A model generated the notes under the pieces. It made no database searches, was not told the origin of the DNA, and worked only from the letters and a program-made list of their open reading frames with translations. From contig CAVRAO010000002.1 of NCBI GenBank assembly GCA_963719035.1, positions 544,001 through 608,000 on the forward strand: DNA of 64,000 nt, in the 5' to 3' direction. Positions within the stretch are counted from its first letter, which is position 1. Each line of letters starts with the position of its first letter. This DNA comes from Methanobacteriota archaeon (GTDB taxonomy: Archaea; Halobacteriota; Bog-38; Methanoflorentales; Methanoflorentaceae). Position numbers and translations under genes: made by a program. This document shows, piece after piece, positions 1-9,922 of the stretch.

Positions 1-855
1 GATAAAGAGTACACCGATCGGAACGCCTTTTCGGATCGCTCGTGCGTTCTTTGCTGTCATAAAGCGTATTGCGAGCTGTGGTTGTGCGAGGACACCTATA
101 CCGACCCCAAATATAAGGGAGCTAACGATCATGAACGACGGGGAGCCAAATGAGGACATTGACGTGAGGCCATTTGGAGCCATCTTTGCGGGTCCGAGGG
201 CAGCAAGTGATTCGGTCGCGGCTATCGGGCCACCGAGAGAGGCCCAAACTAACGCAAGGAGGATACCAAGGCCGATAACCATGATAAAACCTTGCACAGT
301 ATCGGTCCAAAGAACAGCAAATAGGCCGCCGAGCAAAACGTAGACGGCAACAATCACCGTAAATGCAATGATAGACAGCTCGTATGATGTCCCGAAGGTG
401 ACTTGAATGAGGCTCGCGGTTGCTTTGAAAACGGCAGTCGTGTACGCGACGATGAAGATCGCGATCACGACGCCGCCAAAACCTTGAATGAAGCGCGAGT
501 TGAAGCGCTTTGCGAGGAGTTCCGTAAAAGTGAGGGCTTGCAGGGTCTTGCTCATAACGCGGGTGCGGTTGCCGAAGACGATGAATGCGATGAGAATACC
601 GACAACGATGTTGAGCACGGAGAGCCATAGAAGTTGCATGCCATAAACCTGAGCTTGTCCAGCAAAACCGATGATGGCAACTGCACTGATGAACGTCGCG
701 CCATATGACATAGCAACGACTAATGGGCCGACTCGTCGACCGGCGACTAGCCAGTCTTGTGCGTTTTTCGTCGCCTTATAGCCCCGGTAACCAATGTAGA
801 TCATTACAGCCGAATAGATTGCGAGCATAACGGAGAAGACGACTACATCTGCCAT
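1..855 (-). CDS. Sodium:solute symporter family protein (C-terminus runs off the window)
   Basis: Own translation from ATG 855: MADVVVFSVMLAIYSAVMIYIGY...DWLVAGRRVGP...SYGATFISAVAIIGFAG...GGLFAVLWTDTVQG...QPQLAIRFMTAK, typical SSS motifs. Absent from the ORF track because no stop lies in the window. Confidence 0.9.
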   Translation of the reverse strand, partial: MADVVVFSVMLAIYSAVMIYIGYRGYKATKNAQDWLVAGRRVGPLVVAMSYGATFISAVAIIGFAGQAQVYGMQLLWLSVLNIVVGILIAFIVFGNRTRVMSKTLQALTFTELLAKRFNSRFIQGFGGVVIAIFIVAYTTAVFKATASLIQVTFGTSYELSIIAFTVIVAVYVLLGGLFAVLWTDTVQGFIMVIGLGILLALVWASLGGPIAATESLAALGPAKMAPNGLTSMSSFGSPSFMIVSSLIFGVGIGVLAQPQLAIRFMTAKNARAIRKGVPIGVLFI

Positions 856-978
856 TTACGCTTCCTCCTCTTCATTATCCTCTTTTTGCGGCCACAATCC
901 ATAGACGATGCCAAACACGACGCTAAGATAAATGATTAAAACAGCTGTGAAAACCCACACATCCATGCCCAAAATCAT
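856..978 (-). CDS. Small symporter accessory membrane protein (40 aa)
   Basis: MILGMDVWVFTAVLIIYLSVVFGIVYGLWPQKEDNEEEEA*: one TM helix plus acidic tail. GGAGG upstream; its TAA abuts the symporter ATG. Confidence 0.8.
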   Translation of the reverse strand: MILGMDVWVFTAVLIIYLSVVFGIVYGLWPQKEDNEEEEA

Positions 979-1246
979 CACGCTAAATCCTCCGATTGCT
1001 AATGTCTGCATTCGGCGTTGCAGAGTGATATACCATGCTACAAAGTAGCAAAGTCGCGCGCATATACGTACAAATACTACTTAAGGTTTTTGAAATATGC
1101 GTGCTTACAGCAGTCTAATGGCGTTTCGCCCTCTGTAGTCCACGCATTTAGCGCGAAAGGCTCTGCAACCGCGAAAAGTAGTTTACACTTTTTAAATATG
1201 CCTGCTTTTTATAGATAAGCGGCACAAACAGACATAAAGAATTGAC

Positions 1247-1900
1247 ATGGCAGCACGAGAAGCAGTATCACCAAAGGAGATAGGAAACGAGCTCAAAAAG
1301 CTTGCAAAGCAGCACCGTGTTGAGCTGTCCTTTATTCATCCAAAAGACGTTGAAGTACGTAACTGGGTCAGATGGAAATGTCAGTTTGGCTGCAAAGGTT
1401 ATGGAAAGCATTTAAGTTGTCCTCCCTATGTTCCTGGGCCCTATGAGACGCGGGCGCTCTTGCAGGAGTACGAACGGGCATACATCGTCCATTTCAGCGG
1501 TATTCCCGGCATGCCAACGATTGACCCTAAAGACATACCCGAGAATTGGCATCCTTTTCTGCGAGAACTCATCTTGTGGATAGCAGAGACGATGTATTCG
1601 CTCGAACAACACGCGTTCTACGGCGGCTATTATAAAGCATTAGCATTTGCGGCGTATCCGTGCGCATATTGTGAAGATTGTGTTGCTGAGGAGTCCAAGG
1701 GCATCGTCGACGTGTCGCTTAAGAGGGATTGTCGTCACGCAGAACGAGTGCGAACGTCGATGGAAGCCGCTGGAATTGACGTCTACGCAACAGTCTCAAA
1801 GATAGGCTTTCCTATTGACGTTATTCCCTGCGAGGACAACGTATACGGGAAAATTCAGCACGCCAATATCAATTCATATGGCCTGCTACTTCTCGACTGA
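1247..1900 (+). CDS. DUF2284-like Cys-rich metal-binding protein
   Basis: WVRWKCQFGCKGYGKHLSCPP, CAYCEDC and CRHAERVRTSMEAAGIDVYATV motifs. Confidence 0.8.
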   Translation: MAAREAVSPKEIGNELKKLAKQHRVELSFIHPKDVEVRNWVRWKCQFGCKGYGKHLSCPPYVPGPYETRALLQEYERAYIVHFSGIPGMPTIDPKDIPENWHPFLRELILWIAETMYSLEQHAFYGGYYKALAFAAYPCAYCEDCVAEESKGIVDVSLKRDCRHAERVRTSMEAAGIDVYATVSKIGFPIDVIPCEDNVYGKIQHANINSYGLLLLD

Positions 1901-2281
1901 CTTTCATATCAATAGGGGTGGCAGTTGGGCAACTGACGGATGTTCAACTATGTTTTGTTCTTGCTTGGCAAAAATGAGCAGTAAAGGCTTTTCTTCGTCA
2001 AGCGCAGCTTTAAATTGCCCAATTTCTAGCTTTGGATGGAAGGCTGGAAGCGATAATCTATAGTTTAACTCGTACTTATCAACTCGACTTTTTTTTAGCT
2101 CTGGGCCCGTGTTTAACCTTTTGTCCTAAAGATACCGTAAACAAGTAAGCTCGTCTAAAATCAAATATAGTTACGAAATGCCTTTACATGGCGGTGGATT
2201 ATAGCGAAAAAGGAGTCCATCTCTAAAAAAGACACTTATCAGCGTGAAACCCTTTTATGTTCGCTACGCTGCGTATTTAGC

Positions 2282-2619
2282 ATGAGCGCGGCTGGTGCAG
2301 ACTCACTTAAGGGCACAGAAGCATTCGCGACGTAACTTTTGAGCTTGATAGAGGGTTCTCTACCGAAATCGGATAGGTTGTTTTCGAGGTCAATGATGAA
2401 CACTATGAGCGTTGCTGCGGCGTGATCGGCACGTTCAATAGCTACGTAACCCTCAGACTAATCCGGTTTGCACGTTCTCAGAGACCATGCCGAATACAAG
2501 GATTCTTCGACGACGGAAAACAAACGAGGAAACGCATGCTTGACGACATAGCCTTTACTGAGATTTTCGTTCTAGACGTATGTGGCTTTGTCAGCTTTAG
2601 TGCTAGCATTATCGCCTAG
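2282..2619 (+). pseudogene. Possible degraded hypothetical gene
   Basis: ATG at 2282 follows a TATA-like CTTTTATG. A coding-like frame (IRDVTFELDRGFSTEIG*VVFEVNDEH...) continues into the 65-aa ORF across one frameshift and one TAG. Confidence 0.3.
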
Positions 2620-2780
2620 AAGCATCAAAAAATACCTGGTCTTTACTCACAGCTTTGTTCAACGAAAGAGGAACTTCAAGACTTGCTAGCGCTTCGCTTT
2701 CCTGCAGTCTTTCGAAATATCATCGCTGCAGCATCGCCTAACGTGCCATTTCCTCCATCTTGAAATGCTAAGGCACAGCA

Positions 2781-3239
2781 TTAGGGTCGAGAAGGCCGAA
2801 CGATCATGACGCATTTGTCTGCATTACGCATTACTTCGGTGAGCGTCCCGCCCAAGAGACGTCTTGCTGGTGAGAGGCTCTTTCTGTCCCCAAGGATAAC
2901 GAGATCGTATTTGCCATCGTGTAACTCGTCCAATATCTCCTCACCAGCCGGGCCCTCCCGAACGATTGCGTGTACAATAAGGCCGAACCCGCGCATATAT
3001 TCGCACAGGGGAAGAACAAAGATCTTCTTTGCTGCTTCTTTCTCTGAATCAACGTCTTCAAAGAGCTCTTCAATTCGCTCCAGGTCTTCTTTATAGATCC
3101 TTTTGTAACTGTCGTAGATACCATGCTCTTCAAGCACGTATAAGAGCGTATACTCGATATCGTTCCGAAGCGCACCTACTGCGCACTTAAATCCCTCATT
3201 CGTGACTGGTGATCCATCAACGCAGATGAGGGCTTTCAT
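2781..3239 (-). CDS. Universal stress protein (UspA family)
   Basis: MKALICVDGS...REGPAGEEIL...YDLVILG...LLGGTLTEVMRNADKCVMIVR; alternative coupled start at 3263. Confidence 0.85.
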   Translation of the reverse strand: MKALICVDGSPVTNEGFKCAVGALRNDIEYTLLYVLEEHGIYDSYKRIYKEDLERIEELFEDVDSEKEAAKKIFVLPLCEYMRGFGLIVHAIVREGPAGEEILDELHDGKYDLVILGDRKSLSPARRLLGGTLTEVMRNADKCVMIVRPSRP

Positions 3240-3262
3240 ATGACCACCATGGCTAAGTTCCA

Positions 3263-4570
3263 TTAGTAAAACCCCACAAGGTATTTTATATAAAGGAGGA
3301 GATTGCAGAGCACGAGGGCTATCAATGTGGGCGGAGCCGCAATTTTTATCCATCGGACCCACCCCATACGCGTCCCGTGTTTCTCCAGCGAGTTATAGGC
3401 TACGACGTTCGCCGACGCGCCAATGGGGGTCAGATTGCCTCCAATGTCAGTACCTAATGACACTGCCCACACCATCATGGACATTGCAAGGATCGAAGGA
3501 ACAACCGACATATCCCGGATGACGTAGCTCATGGTCAGAGCAAATGGCACGTTGTCGACCACGGCGCTCGCAAAGCCCGATCCCCAAAGGAGCAAGGACA
3601 TTAGCACCACGTTGTTGCCAGCTGCAACGCGGACCAGTCCGCTGGCAAACGCTGATATCACGCCCGTTTTTTCAAGCGCTCCGACGATAATAAAGAGTCC
3701 AATAAAGAACAGGAGTACATCATAGTCGACCTTCTTAAGGGTGTTCTCAGTCTCTCGTCCTCCAAGGAGCAGGAGGAAGAAGGCCGGAATCAGTGCAGCG
3801 AGGGGAACGGTTATCGGAATATTCCATATTTGTTGAATGTATTCGTGAGTGATGAGGAGGGTTATTGCCGCAAAAAGGGCGCCAAGACCAAGGCGAAGTA
3901 GCCATTTGTTGGTGATTGTGCGCTCTGGACGAATCGCAGAGAGCGCAGAGGTGTCGATCGCAATGGAAGGCGTCACGTTTTTTCGCTGCATGAAAAAGAG
4001 CACCCCTACCGCGAGCAGAGTGGCGACTACAGCGATAGGACCGTTATTTATGGCAAAATCGTTAAATCCAAATCCGAGTTGGGTTCCGAGAATAACGTTC
4101 GGCGGATCTCCGACTAGCGTTGACGAACCACCGATGTTGGCGATGACTACCTCACCGACGACGAGTGGAACCGGGTCTATCTTCAGAATTTTTGCTATCT
4201 CGATAGTGAGTGTGGCTAGAAAAAGCATGACGGTGATGCTGTCGACGAAAGCTGCGAGCAGGCCAGCGAGGAGTGGGAAAACGATAAGCATCGTCTGCGG
4301 GTTGTAATTGAGCCTCTTAGCGACGACAAATGAGAGGTACGAAAAGAACCCCGCGTCGGACAACACAATAACGATGACGAACATCCCGAGCAGGAGGCCA
4401 ATCGTCTCCCAGTTGACGTAGTTGATAGCTTCGTTTAGGTCTAAGATGCCGAGGACGAGCAGGAAAATGCTTCCAGCACCGACGATGATGGTTCTGTTGA
4501 TCTTCTCTGTCGCTAAAATGCCGTACACTACAAGGAAGGTCAAAATGGCAATGATAGCGGATGATTCCAT
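3263..4570 (-). CDS. ArsB/NhaD/SLC13-like ion transporter
   Basis: Multi-TM; ANIGGSSTLVGDPPN, SAVVDNVP and GGNLTPIGASAN motifs. Confidence 0.88.
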   Translation of the reverse strand: MESSAIIAILTFLVVYGILATEKINRTIIVGAGSIFLLVLGILDLNEAINYVNWETIGLLLGMFVIVIVLSDAGFFSYLSFVVAKRLNYNPQTMLIVFPLLAGLLAAFVDSITVMLFLATLTIEIAKILKIDPVPLVVGEVVIANIGGSSTLVGDPPNVILGTQLGFGFNDFAINNGPIAVVATLLAVGVLFFMQRKNVTPSIAIDTSALSAIRPERTITNKWLLRLGLGALFAAITLLITHEYIQQIWNIPITVPLAALIPAFFLLLLGGRETENTLKKVDYDVLLFFIGLFIIVGALEKTGVISAFASGLVRVAAGNNVVLMSLLLWGSGFASAVVDNVPFALTMSYVIRDMSVVPSILAMSMMVWAVSLGTDIGGNLTPIGASANVVAYNSLEKHGTRMGWVRWIKIAAPPTLIALVLCNLLLYIKYLVGFY

Positions 4571-4868
4571 CGTGGTTACGTCTCCGTTGAAGAAACGGCT
4601 CCTACAGTTTTGATTATCGTGAAAGAACCTTTACGATATAGACGTTTCATATTGATCCGCGTTCGCATGCACATTCCGTGCAATAACTATCTTCACATCT
4701 TTTTCGGTTGCTTCAATCAAAAAAGCGCGGCGCCACAACAATGAAATTTCGCAATCTGGGCATTTATTCGCTAAGCGGGAAAAAAGCTTTAAACCTTAAA
4801 GCCGGATTGGTTATTGCTTGCGTTTACCTTTCCTGCTTTTTTGCTAGAACTGCTCTTAAGAGCGACCT

Positions 4869-5085
4869 TTGACGCGTGTATCCCCGACTGCTGCGCTATT
4901 TGCAGGTCATAATGGGGAATTACCAGACGTCATTGGAGGAAATGCTACGTGAAGTCTCAGAACTTATGAAGAACGCTACGTCTGACATTCAGTACGAAAT
5001 ATTCAACATTACTCGTGATGGCAACATCACTAAGTTCGTATCGTCGCGCCAAGATGCAGGTGCGACCATATCGGGGAAAAAATGA
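4869..5085 (+). pseudogene. C-terminal remnant of isopentenyl phosphate kinase
   Basis: GAC GTC ATT GGA GGA A ATG CTA CGT GAA GTC reads DVIGG/(+1)/MLREVSEL (cf. IPK DVTGGMxxK), followed by IFNITRDGNITKF...GATIS; position upstream of fni-rnj is syntenic. Confidence 0.65.
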
Positions 5086-5291
5086 CGACCAACAGAAAAA
5101 TCGAGCACCTTATGATCTGCGCTATAAGCGAGATCACAGCAATAACCGAAGAATTAAGAGTCGCAACGTTACTGACGGGACGTGCGACACTCGCCGCTCT
5201 TAAAAAATGTCCGCCTATAATCACCGGCGATGCCAAAGAAACATTGCAGCACCGCGGAGTTGACCTAACAGAGCTTCATGTGAGGAGGTAG
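5082..5291 (+). pseudogene. fni: Type 2 isopentenyl-diphosphate isomerase remnant with large in-frame internal deletion
   Basis: N-terminal MTTNRKIEHLMICA (IDI-2 RKxxH motif) is fused to C-terminal EELRVATLLTG..L..LKKCPPIITG...LQHRG; only 69 aa; lies directly upstream of RNase J. Confidence 0.75.
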
Positions 5292-5295
5292 TGTC

Positions 5296-6636
5296 GTGGA
5301 GGTAGAAGTTAACGCAATTGGCGGCTACGAAGAAGTCGGGCGCAATATGACTGCTATTCGGGTGAAAAAAGATATCGTAGTCATAGATATGGGCCTCAGG
5401 CTCGACAGGATTGCGATTCACGAGGATGCAGAAATAGAGAAGATGCATCCTCCTGACTTAATCAAGATGGGCGCGATCCCAAATGACGCACCGCTAAGCA
5501 AATCCAGGAAGGCTGTAAAGGCGATAATCTGCACGCACGGACATCTTGATCATATAGGGGCGATTCCAAAGCTGGCTTACAGATATGACGCCCCAATAAT
5601 CGCGACACCGTTTACCGCTGAGCTGATAGCGCAACAGATCCACTCCGAGAAGAAGTTCCGCGTTGAGAATCCCCTCTATAGGCTTGAAGCGGGACGCGTG
5701 TACCAAATAACTCCTGATATCGCAGTTGAATTCGTAAAAGCGACGCACAGTATACCCGATGCAGTATTCGCCGTGCTGCATACGCCGGCCGGCGCGATTG
5801 TTTATGCGAACGATTTCAAGCTCGATCGCACTCCTGTGATTGGCAAACCCCCCGACTTCAATCGCCTTAAAAGTCTGGGAAAAGAGGGGGTGCTCGCTTT
5901 GATCGTAGAAAGCACTCGAGTAAAGGAGGCCGGCAAAACCCCGTCAGAACAGATTGCTAAAGACCTAGTTCGCGACGTACTCCTTGGAACTGAAGAAGAA
6001 GACAAAGGGGTGCTTGTCACGACGTTTTCGTCACATATCTCCCGCGTAAAGACAATACTTGAAGCGGCTCAAGAGATGGACCGACGCCCACTGCTTCTCG
6101 GTCGCTCTATGAAGCGATACGTGGGAACGGCTGAAAGGATGGGATATATAGAGCTGCCAAATGACGTTGGTGTGTACGGAAACCGGAGATCGGTAGATAA
6201 AATATTGACACGAGTTGCGCAGGAGGGGAAAGAAAAATACCTACCAATAATCACGGGACACCAAGGAGAGCCCGGAGCTATGCTCACCAGGGTCGCAAGT
6301 GAACTTACGCCCTATCAAGTTACGCCTGGCGACAAGATAGTGTTCTCTGCGGGGGTGATCCCCAACCCTCTCAACGAGGCAAACAGATATTCGCTCGAAA
6401 CAAAGCTTAAAATGCGCGGTGCGCGCCTCTACACTGACGTGCATACGGGGGGCCATGCGGCCCGCGAAGACCACTGGGAGATGATCAAGATGCTCAAACC
6501 AAGCCACATATTTCCAACGCACGGATATCTCTCGATGACGAGTTCCTACGTAGAACTAGCTGAAGACGCGGGTTATAGCCTGAGGGACAATATTCACCTT
6601 TTAAGAAACGGCCAGAACATTTCAGTAAAAACTTAA
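5296..6636 (+). CDS. rnj: Archaeal RNase J (beta-CASP ribonuclease)
   Basis: GGYEEVGRNMTA, THGHLDHIG, HSIPD, DFKLD, GHQGEPGA and HTGGHA motifs. Confidence 0.95.
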   Translation: MEVEVNAIGGYEEVGRNMTAIRVKKDIVVIDMGLRLDRIAIHEDAEIEKMHPPDLIKMGAIPNDAPLSKSRKAVKAIICTHGHLDHIGAIPKLAYRYDAPIIATPFTAELIAQQIHSEKKFRVENPLYRLEAGRVYQITPDIAVEFVKATHSIPDAVFAVLHTPAGAIVYANDFKLDRTPVIGKPPDFNRLKSLGKEGVLALIVESTRVKEAGKTPSEQIAKDLVRDVLLGTEEEDKGVLVTTFSSHISRVKTILEAAQEMDRRPLLLGRSMKRYVGTAERMGYIELPNDVGVYGNRRSVDKILTRVAQEGKEKYLPIITGHQGEPGAMLTRVASELTPYQVTPGDKIVFSAGVIPNPLNEANRYSLETKLKMRGARLYTDVHTGGHAAREDHWEMIKMLKPSHIFPTHGYLSMTSSYVELAEDAGYSLRDNIHLLRNGQNISVKT

Positions 6637-6765
6637 ACGCCAGGAGGAAAGACTCCTAGAGCCGTATATCGTTAGCGAAATCGTAGCGCTCTCACGAAGA
6701 TGCCAAAAATGAGTAGTTTAAGCCGGTGCAAAACGAGGAAAGCGGGATCACGCGCGGAACCGCTG

Positions 6766-7254
6766 CTAATGAGTCTCGGGTATCCGGTCCGGGGACTCAG
6801 AACCGGGAAAATCCTGAGCTGAGTTTGTGCACAAATACGCCCACACGCCTGTCGTCTCGGAGAGTCGTAACTTATCTAGCAGACTCTGACTTGGCGTGCC
6901 GTAGATGTCGATCAGTGAAAGATTGATGAGCTCTTTAGGGAAGGCAGACCCCGTCACCCCCATGTGAAACTCCGCCGATGCGGAATCATAGTGAACCTGG
7001 AGGACGATCAGTTGCATGCTGTTTTCGTTGAGATATGCGTTGTAGGCGATAATCTGGGGCTCTTTCGCCTTGACTAACTCAGCCAACTCGGCCATTGCCA
7101 CCTTGAGTTTCTCGAACTTGCCTTCACAAATTCTAAAGTCGCCCACAATGATGATACTCTCAGACACGTTATCACCCCTATAACAGCTACCGACCTGCGG
7201 GATAGAAAAAAGCTTTGTGCCAAACCCACGCGAAACAAGTCTTCCCCTCTGCAT
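6766..7254 (-). CDS. ABM/quinol monooxygenase-like dimeric alpha-beta barrel protein, possibly degenerate; likely start about 7167
   Basis: EGKFEKLK..M.EL...V.AKEPQ.IAYN.YLN.....L.V.QVH.DSAS.EFHM...IYGTPS pattern. Confidence 0.5.
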   Translation of the reverse strand: MQRGRLVSRGFGTKLFSIPQVGSCYRGDNVSESIIIVGDFRICEGKFEKLKVAMAELAELVKAKEPQIIAYNAYLNENSMQLIVLQVHYDSASAEFHMGVTGSAFPKELINLSLIDIYGTPSQSLLDKLRLSETTGVWAYLCTNSAQDFPGSESPDRIPETH

Positions 7255-7411
7255 GCGCGACGATTTGCAGAGCTTTCTAGCTGCTAGAATGATGGGCGCA
7301 GAGACTTACCACGCGCTCAAGGATGTCTTGCTTTCAGAGTATGGTCGTGGCGCTAGCTCAAGAGCACATGATTAATAAGATGGCCTGACAACTACCATAA
7401 CGCGAGATTGA

Positions 7412-9262
7412 ATGACAGTCAAGTATGTTCCAGATACGAGCGTGTTGATCGACGGCAGGATCACAAAGCTCATAGACGAAGGCGAACTGCGTGGAGCGGC
7501 AATCATCATCCCCGAAGCCGTTGTCTCAGAGCTTGAAGCTCAGGCAAACCAAGGACGCGAGATCGGCTTTAAAGGGCTTAATGAGCTTAAAGCACTCGCA
7601 GAACGAAAACGCTCGGGTGAAGTCGACCTGATCTACGTAGGAAGGCGACCCACAGCGGATGAAATCAAACTTGCCTCAGTTGGGGAAATTGATGCGATGA
7701 TACGAACCGTGGCGCTCGAGAATGGTGCAACGTTTATCACGAGCGATGTCGTCCAAAGTGAAGTCGCCCGCGCCAAAGGATTGGATGTCACGTACCTCCA
7801 GCCTGAAAAGGGGGCGGAAAAACCGTTGCTGTTACAGAAGTTTTTCACTCGTGACACGATGTCGGTGTTTCTGAAAGAAGGTGTCCCTCCACGAGCTAAG
7901 CGTGGCTCGATAGCAGACCTTCGATTGGTCAATATTAGAAAGACTCGGATGAGCGAAAAGGAGATACGGGCAATTGCTTCAGACGTCATTGAACAAGCAA
8001 AATCCCGCTCTGACGGTTTTATTGAAATAGAACGCCGAGGCGCCACGATCGTTCAACTCGGCTCAATACGAATAGCCATTGCCAGACCCCCGTTTTCTGA
8101 TGGCATCGAGATAACCGCGGTACGCCCGATAGCGACGGTTAAGCTCGACGACTACAAATTCTCTGACGAACTGAAGAATCGGCTGATTCAATCGACACGG
8201 GGCATCCTGATCGCAGGACCCCCTGGATCCGGTAAATCGACGTTGGCTGCAAGCGTCGCTGAGTTTCTTGCAGGACAGGGCTTTATCGTCAAGACCATGG
8301 AAAGTCCACGCGATTTGCAGGTCCCCGACAACATCACGCAGTATTCTGCGCTCGAAGGTGATATGGCAAAGACTGCCGACATCCTTCTGCTTGTGCGACC
8401 AGACTACACGATCTATGACGAGGTGCGCAAGACTAACGACTTCAAGACCTTCGCTGACATGCGCCTTGCAGGGGTAGGAATGGTCGGCGTCGTACATACG
8501 ACCCGTGGTATCGATGCACTGCAGCGTTTGATCGGGAGAGTCGAGTTTGGCATCATTCCTCAAGTTGTCGATACCGTCATTTTTCTCAAGAAAGGTGAGA
8601 TAGAATTAGTCTATGACGTCCATTTTGCCGTCAAAGTGCCTTCAGGGATGATGGAAGCAGATCTTGCGCGGCCGGTCATAGAGGTGCGGAACTTTGAGAC
8701 GAACAAAGTTGAGTACGAGATCTATCTTTTTAGCAGGCAAATCGTCGTTATGGCGGTAGGCCCTAAAGAGCCGGTAAGAGCAAAACCAACGTGGAAGTTC
8801 GCTGCAAGGGAGATTGAAAGGGAGATCGATAAATATACCAAAGAGCCCGTCACTGTCGAGATCCTTTCTGACACACGCGCCAACGTGTACGTCAGCGATA
8901 GGGATATATCACGCGTTATCGGCAAGGGAGGCAAAAACATCGAAAAAGTTGAGGACGTCCTTGGCATCGACATTGACGTCCTTCAAACAAACGAAGAGTC
9001 GCGAAGATCCAAAGATCGTCAAAAAGACGCGCCGCAAAAAGCTCCTTCAAATGCCGAAATTGATCTCGCCGACAGACACGTTATTGTAACGTCAAACGCC
9101 CGTCCTGGTGAAATTGTTGACGTTTTAATCGATGATGATTACCTCTTCACGGCTACCATCGGACGAGGTGGCGAGATAAAGGTGACGAAGGGCACCAACA
9201 TCGCTAATCGTATCTTAGACGCGCTTGACCGTGGAGCACGCATCATGATGCGGAGCGCGTGA
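7412..9262 (+). CDS. PINA-type ATPase (PIN + VirB11-like ATPase + KH)
   Basis: VPDTSVLIDG PIN domain, GPPGSGKST Walker A, MESPRDL, DEVR, KH motif VIGKGG. Confidence 0.92.
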   Translation: MTVKYVPDTSVLIDGRITKLIDEGELRGAAIIIPEAVVSELEAQANQGREIGFKGLNELKALAERKRSGEVDLIYVGRRPTADEIKLASVGEIDAMIRTVALENGATFITSDVVQSEVARAKGLDVTYLQPEKGAEKPLLLQKFFTRDTMSVFLKEGVPPRAKRGSIADLRLVNIRKTRMSEKEIRAIASDVIEQAKSRSDGFIEIERRGATIVQLGSIRIAIARPPFSDGIEITAVRPIATVKLDDYKFSDELKNRLIQSTRGILIAGPPGSGKSTLAASVAEFLAGQGFIVKTMESPRDLQVPDNITQYSALEGDMAKTADILLLVRPDYTIYDEVRKTNDFKTFADMRLAGVGMVGVVHTTRGIDALQRLIGRVEFGIIPQVVDTVIFLKKGEIELVYDVHFAVKVPSGMMEADLARPVIEVRNFETNKVEYEIYLFSRQIVVMAVGPKEPVRAKPTWKFAAREIEREIDKYTKEPVTVEILSDTRANVYVSDRDISRVIGKGGKNIEKVEDVLGIDIDVLQTNEESRRSKDRQKDAPQKAPSNAEIDLADRHVIVTSNARPGEIVDVLIDDDYLFTATIGRGGEIKVTKGTNIANRILDALDRGARIMMRSA

Positions 9263-9426
9263 CGGTCTATTTGAATAGAACGCGGGCGCGTTACACTGGA
9301 CTCATTGCCGCGCAACGATTGAACTCGCTAGTCCACCCGCTGAGATCAAAAGAGATTAGTAGACCGACAGGCACAGCTAGTAGGCGTGCGCGTTCGAGAG
9401 CGCGGCTAATGGAGCTTATAGCCAAC

Positions 9427-9864
9427 ATGAAAAAAGATAAGGTAACAGCGGCTCTGTTGTATGTCGGAATTTTCGCCGGAATCCCTCTAGCAATCATCGT
9501 CGCTCTATTTTTTCTCCCAGTTTTGAATAGCGTCGATCCAACCGCTATCGTCATTCTCATTATTTTCACTGTTGTGCTTGTTGCCCTGTGGATTTTTGTG
9601 CCACGCGAAAAGCCAGTTGTACGACAGCGAAGAAGCGCCAAAGAAAGAAGAACAGCAGCACGCCAAGCGGTTCCTGCACCAAGCGAAGCTTATGAAGGGC
9701 CGACTGACGAGGAAAAGGGAAGAATAGAGAGCTCAGATGAGAAGCGCGAGCCATTCGTCGATGCCGTAGAGAAATCGACTCACCATCCAGCAGCGCAACC
9801 TGAAATACGGCGAAAGGCTCAAAGCAAAGCTCGAAAAAAGAGCTCGAAGAAGAAGAAGCGTTGA
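9427..9864 (+). CDS. Hypothetical 2-TM protein with charged, basic tail
   Basis: MKKDKVTAALL..., two hydrophobic helices and a Lys-rich C-terminus. Confidence 0.6.
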   Translation: MKKDKVTAALLYVGIFAGIPLAIIVALFFLPVLNSVDPTAIVILIIFTVVLVALWIFVPREKPVVRQRRSAKERRTAARQAVPAPSEAYEGPTDEEKGRIESSDEKREPFVDAVEKSTHHPAAQPEIRRKAQSKARKKSSKKKKR

Positions 9865-9922
9865 ACTGCAAGGAACCGGCTAGCTGCAGTGACACAGAAG
9901 ACAAATGTAGGTCACAGCAGTG

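Noticed and set aside
122-628. 168-aa minus-strand ORF and the many short antisense ORFs in the track
   Set aside because: Shadow frames of well-supported genes (here the sodium:solute symporter).
2360-2390. In-frame TAG as a pyrrolysine codon
   Set aside because: It lies in a frameshifted, unidentifiable region, there are no pyl genes in the window, and TAG is a normal stop for many genes here.
6637-6720. idsA (GGPP synthase) remnant after RNase J (gga gga aag = GGK)
   Set aside because: Only three residues match GGKRLRP, and the stretch also forms a small hairpin; insufficient evidence.
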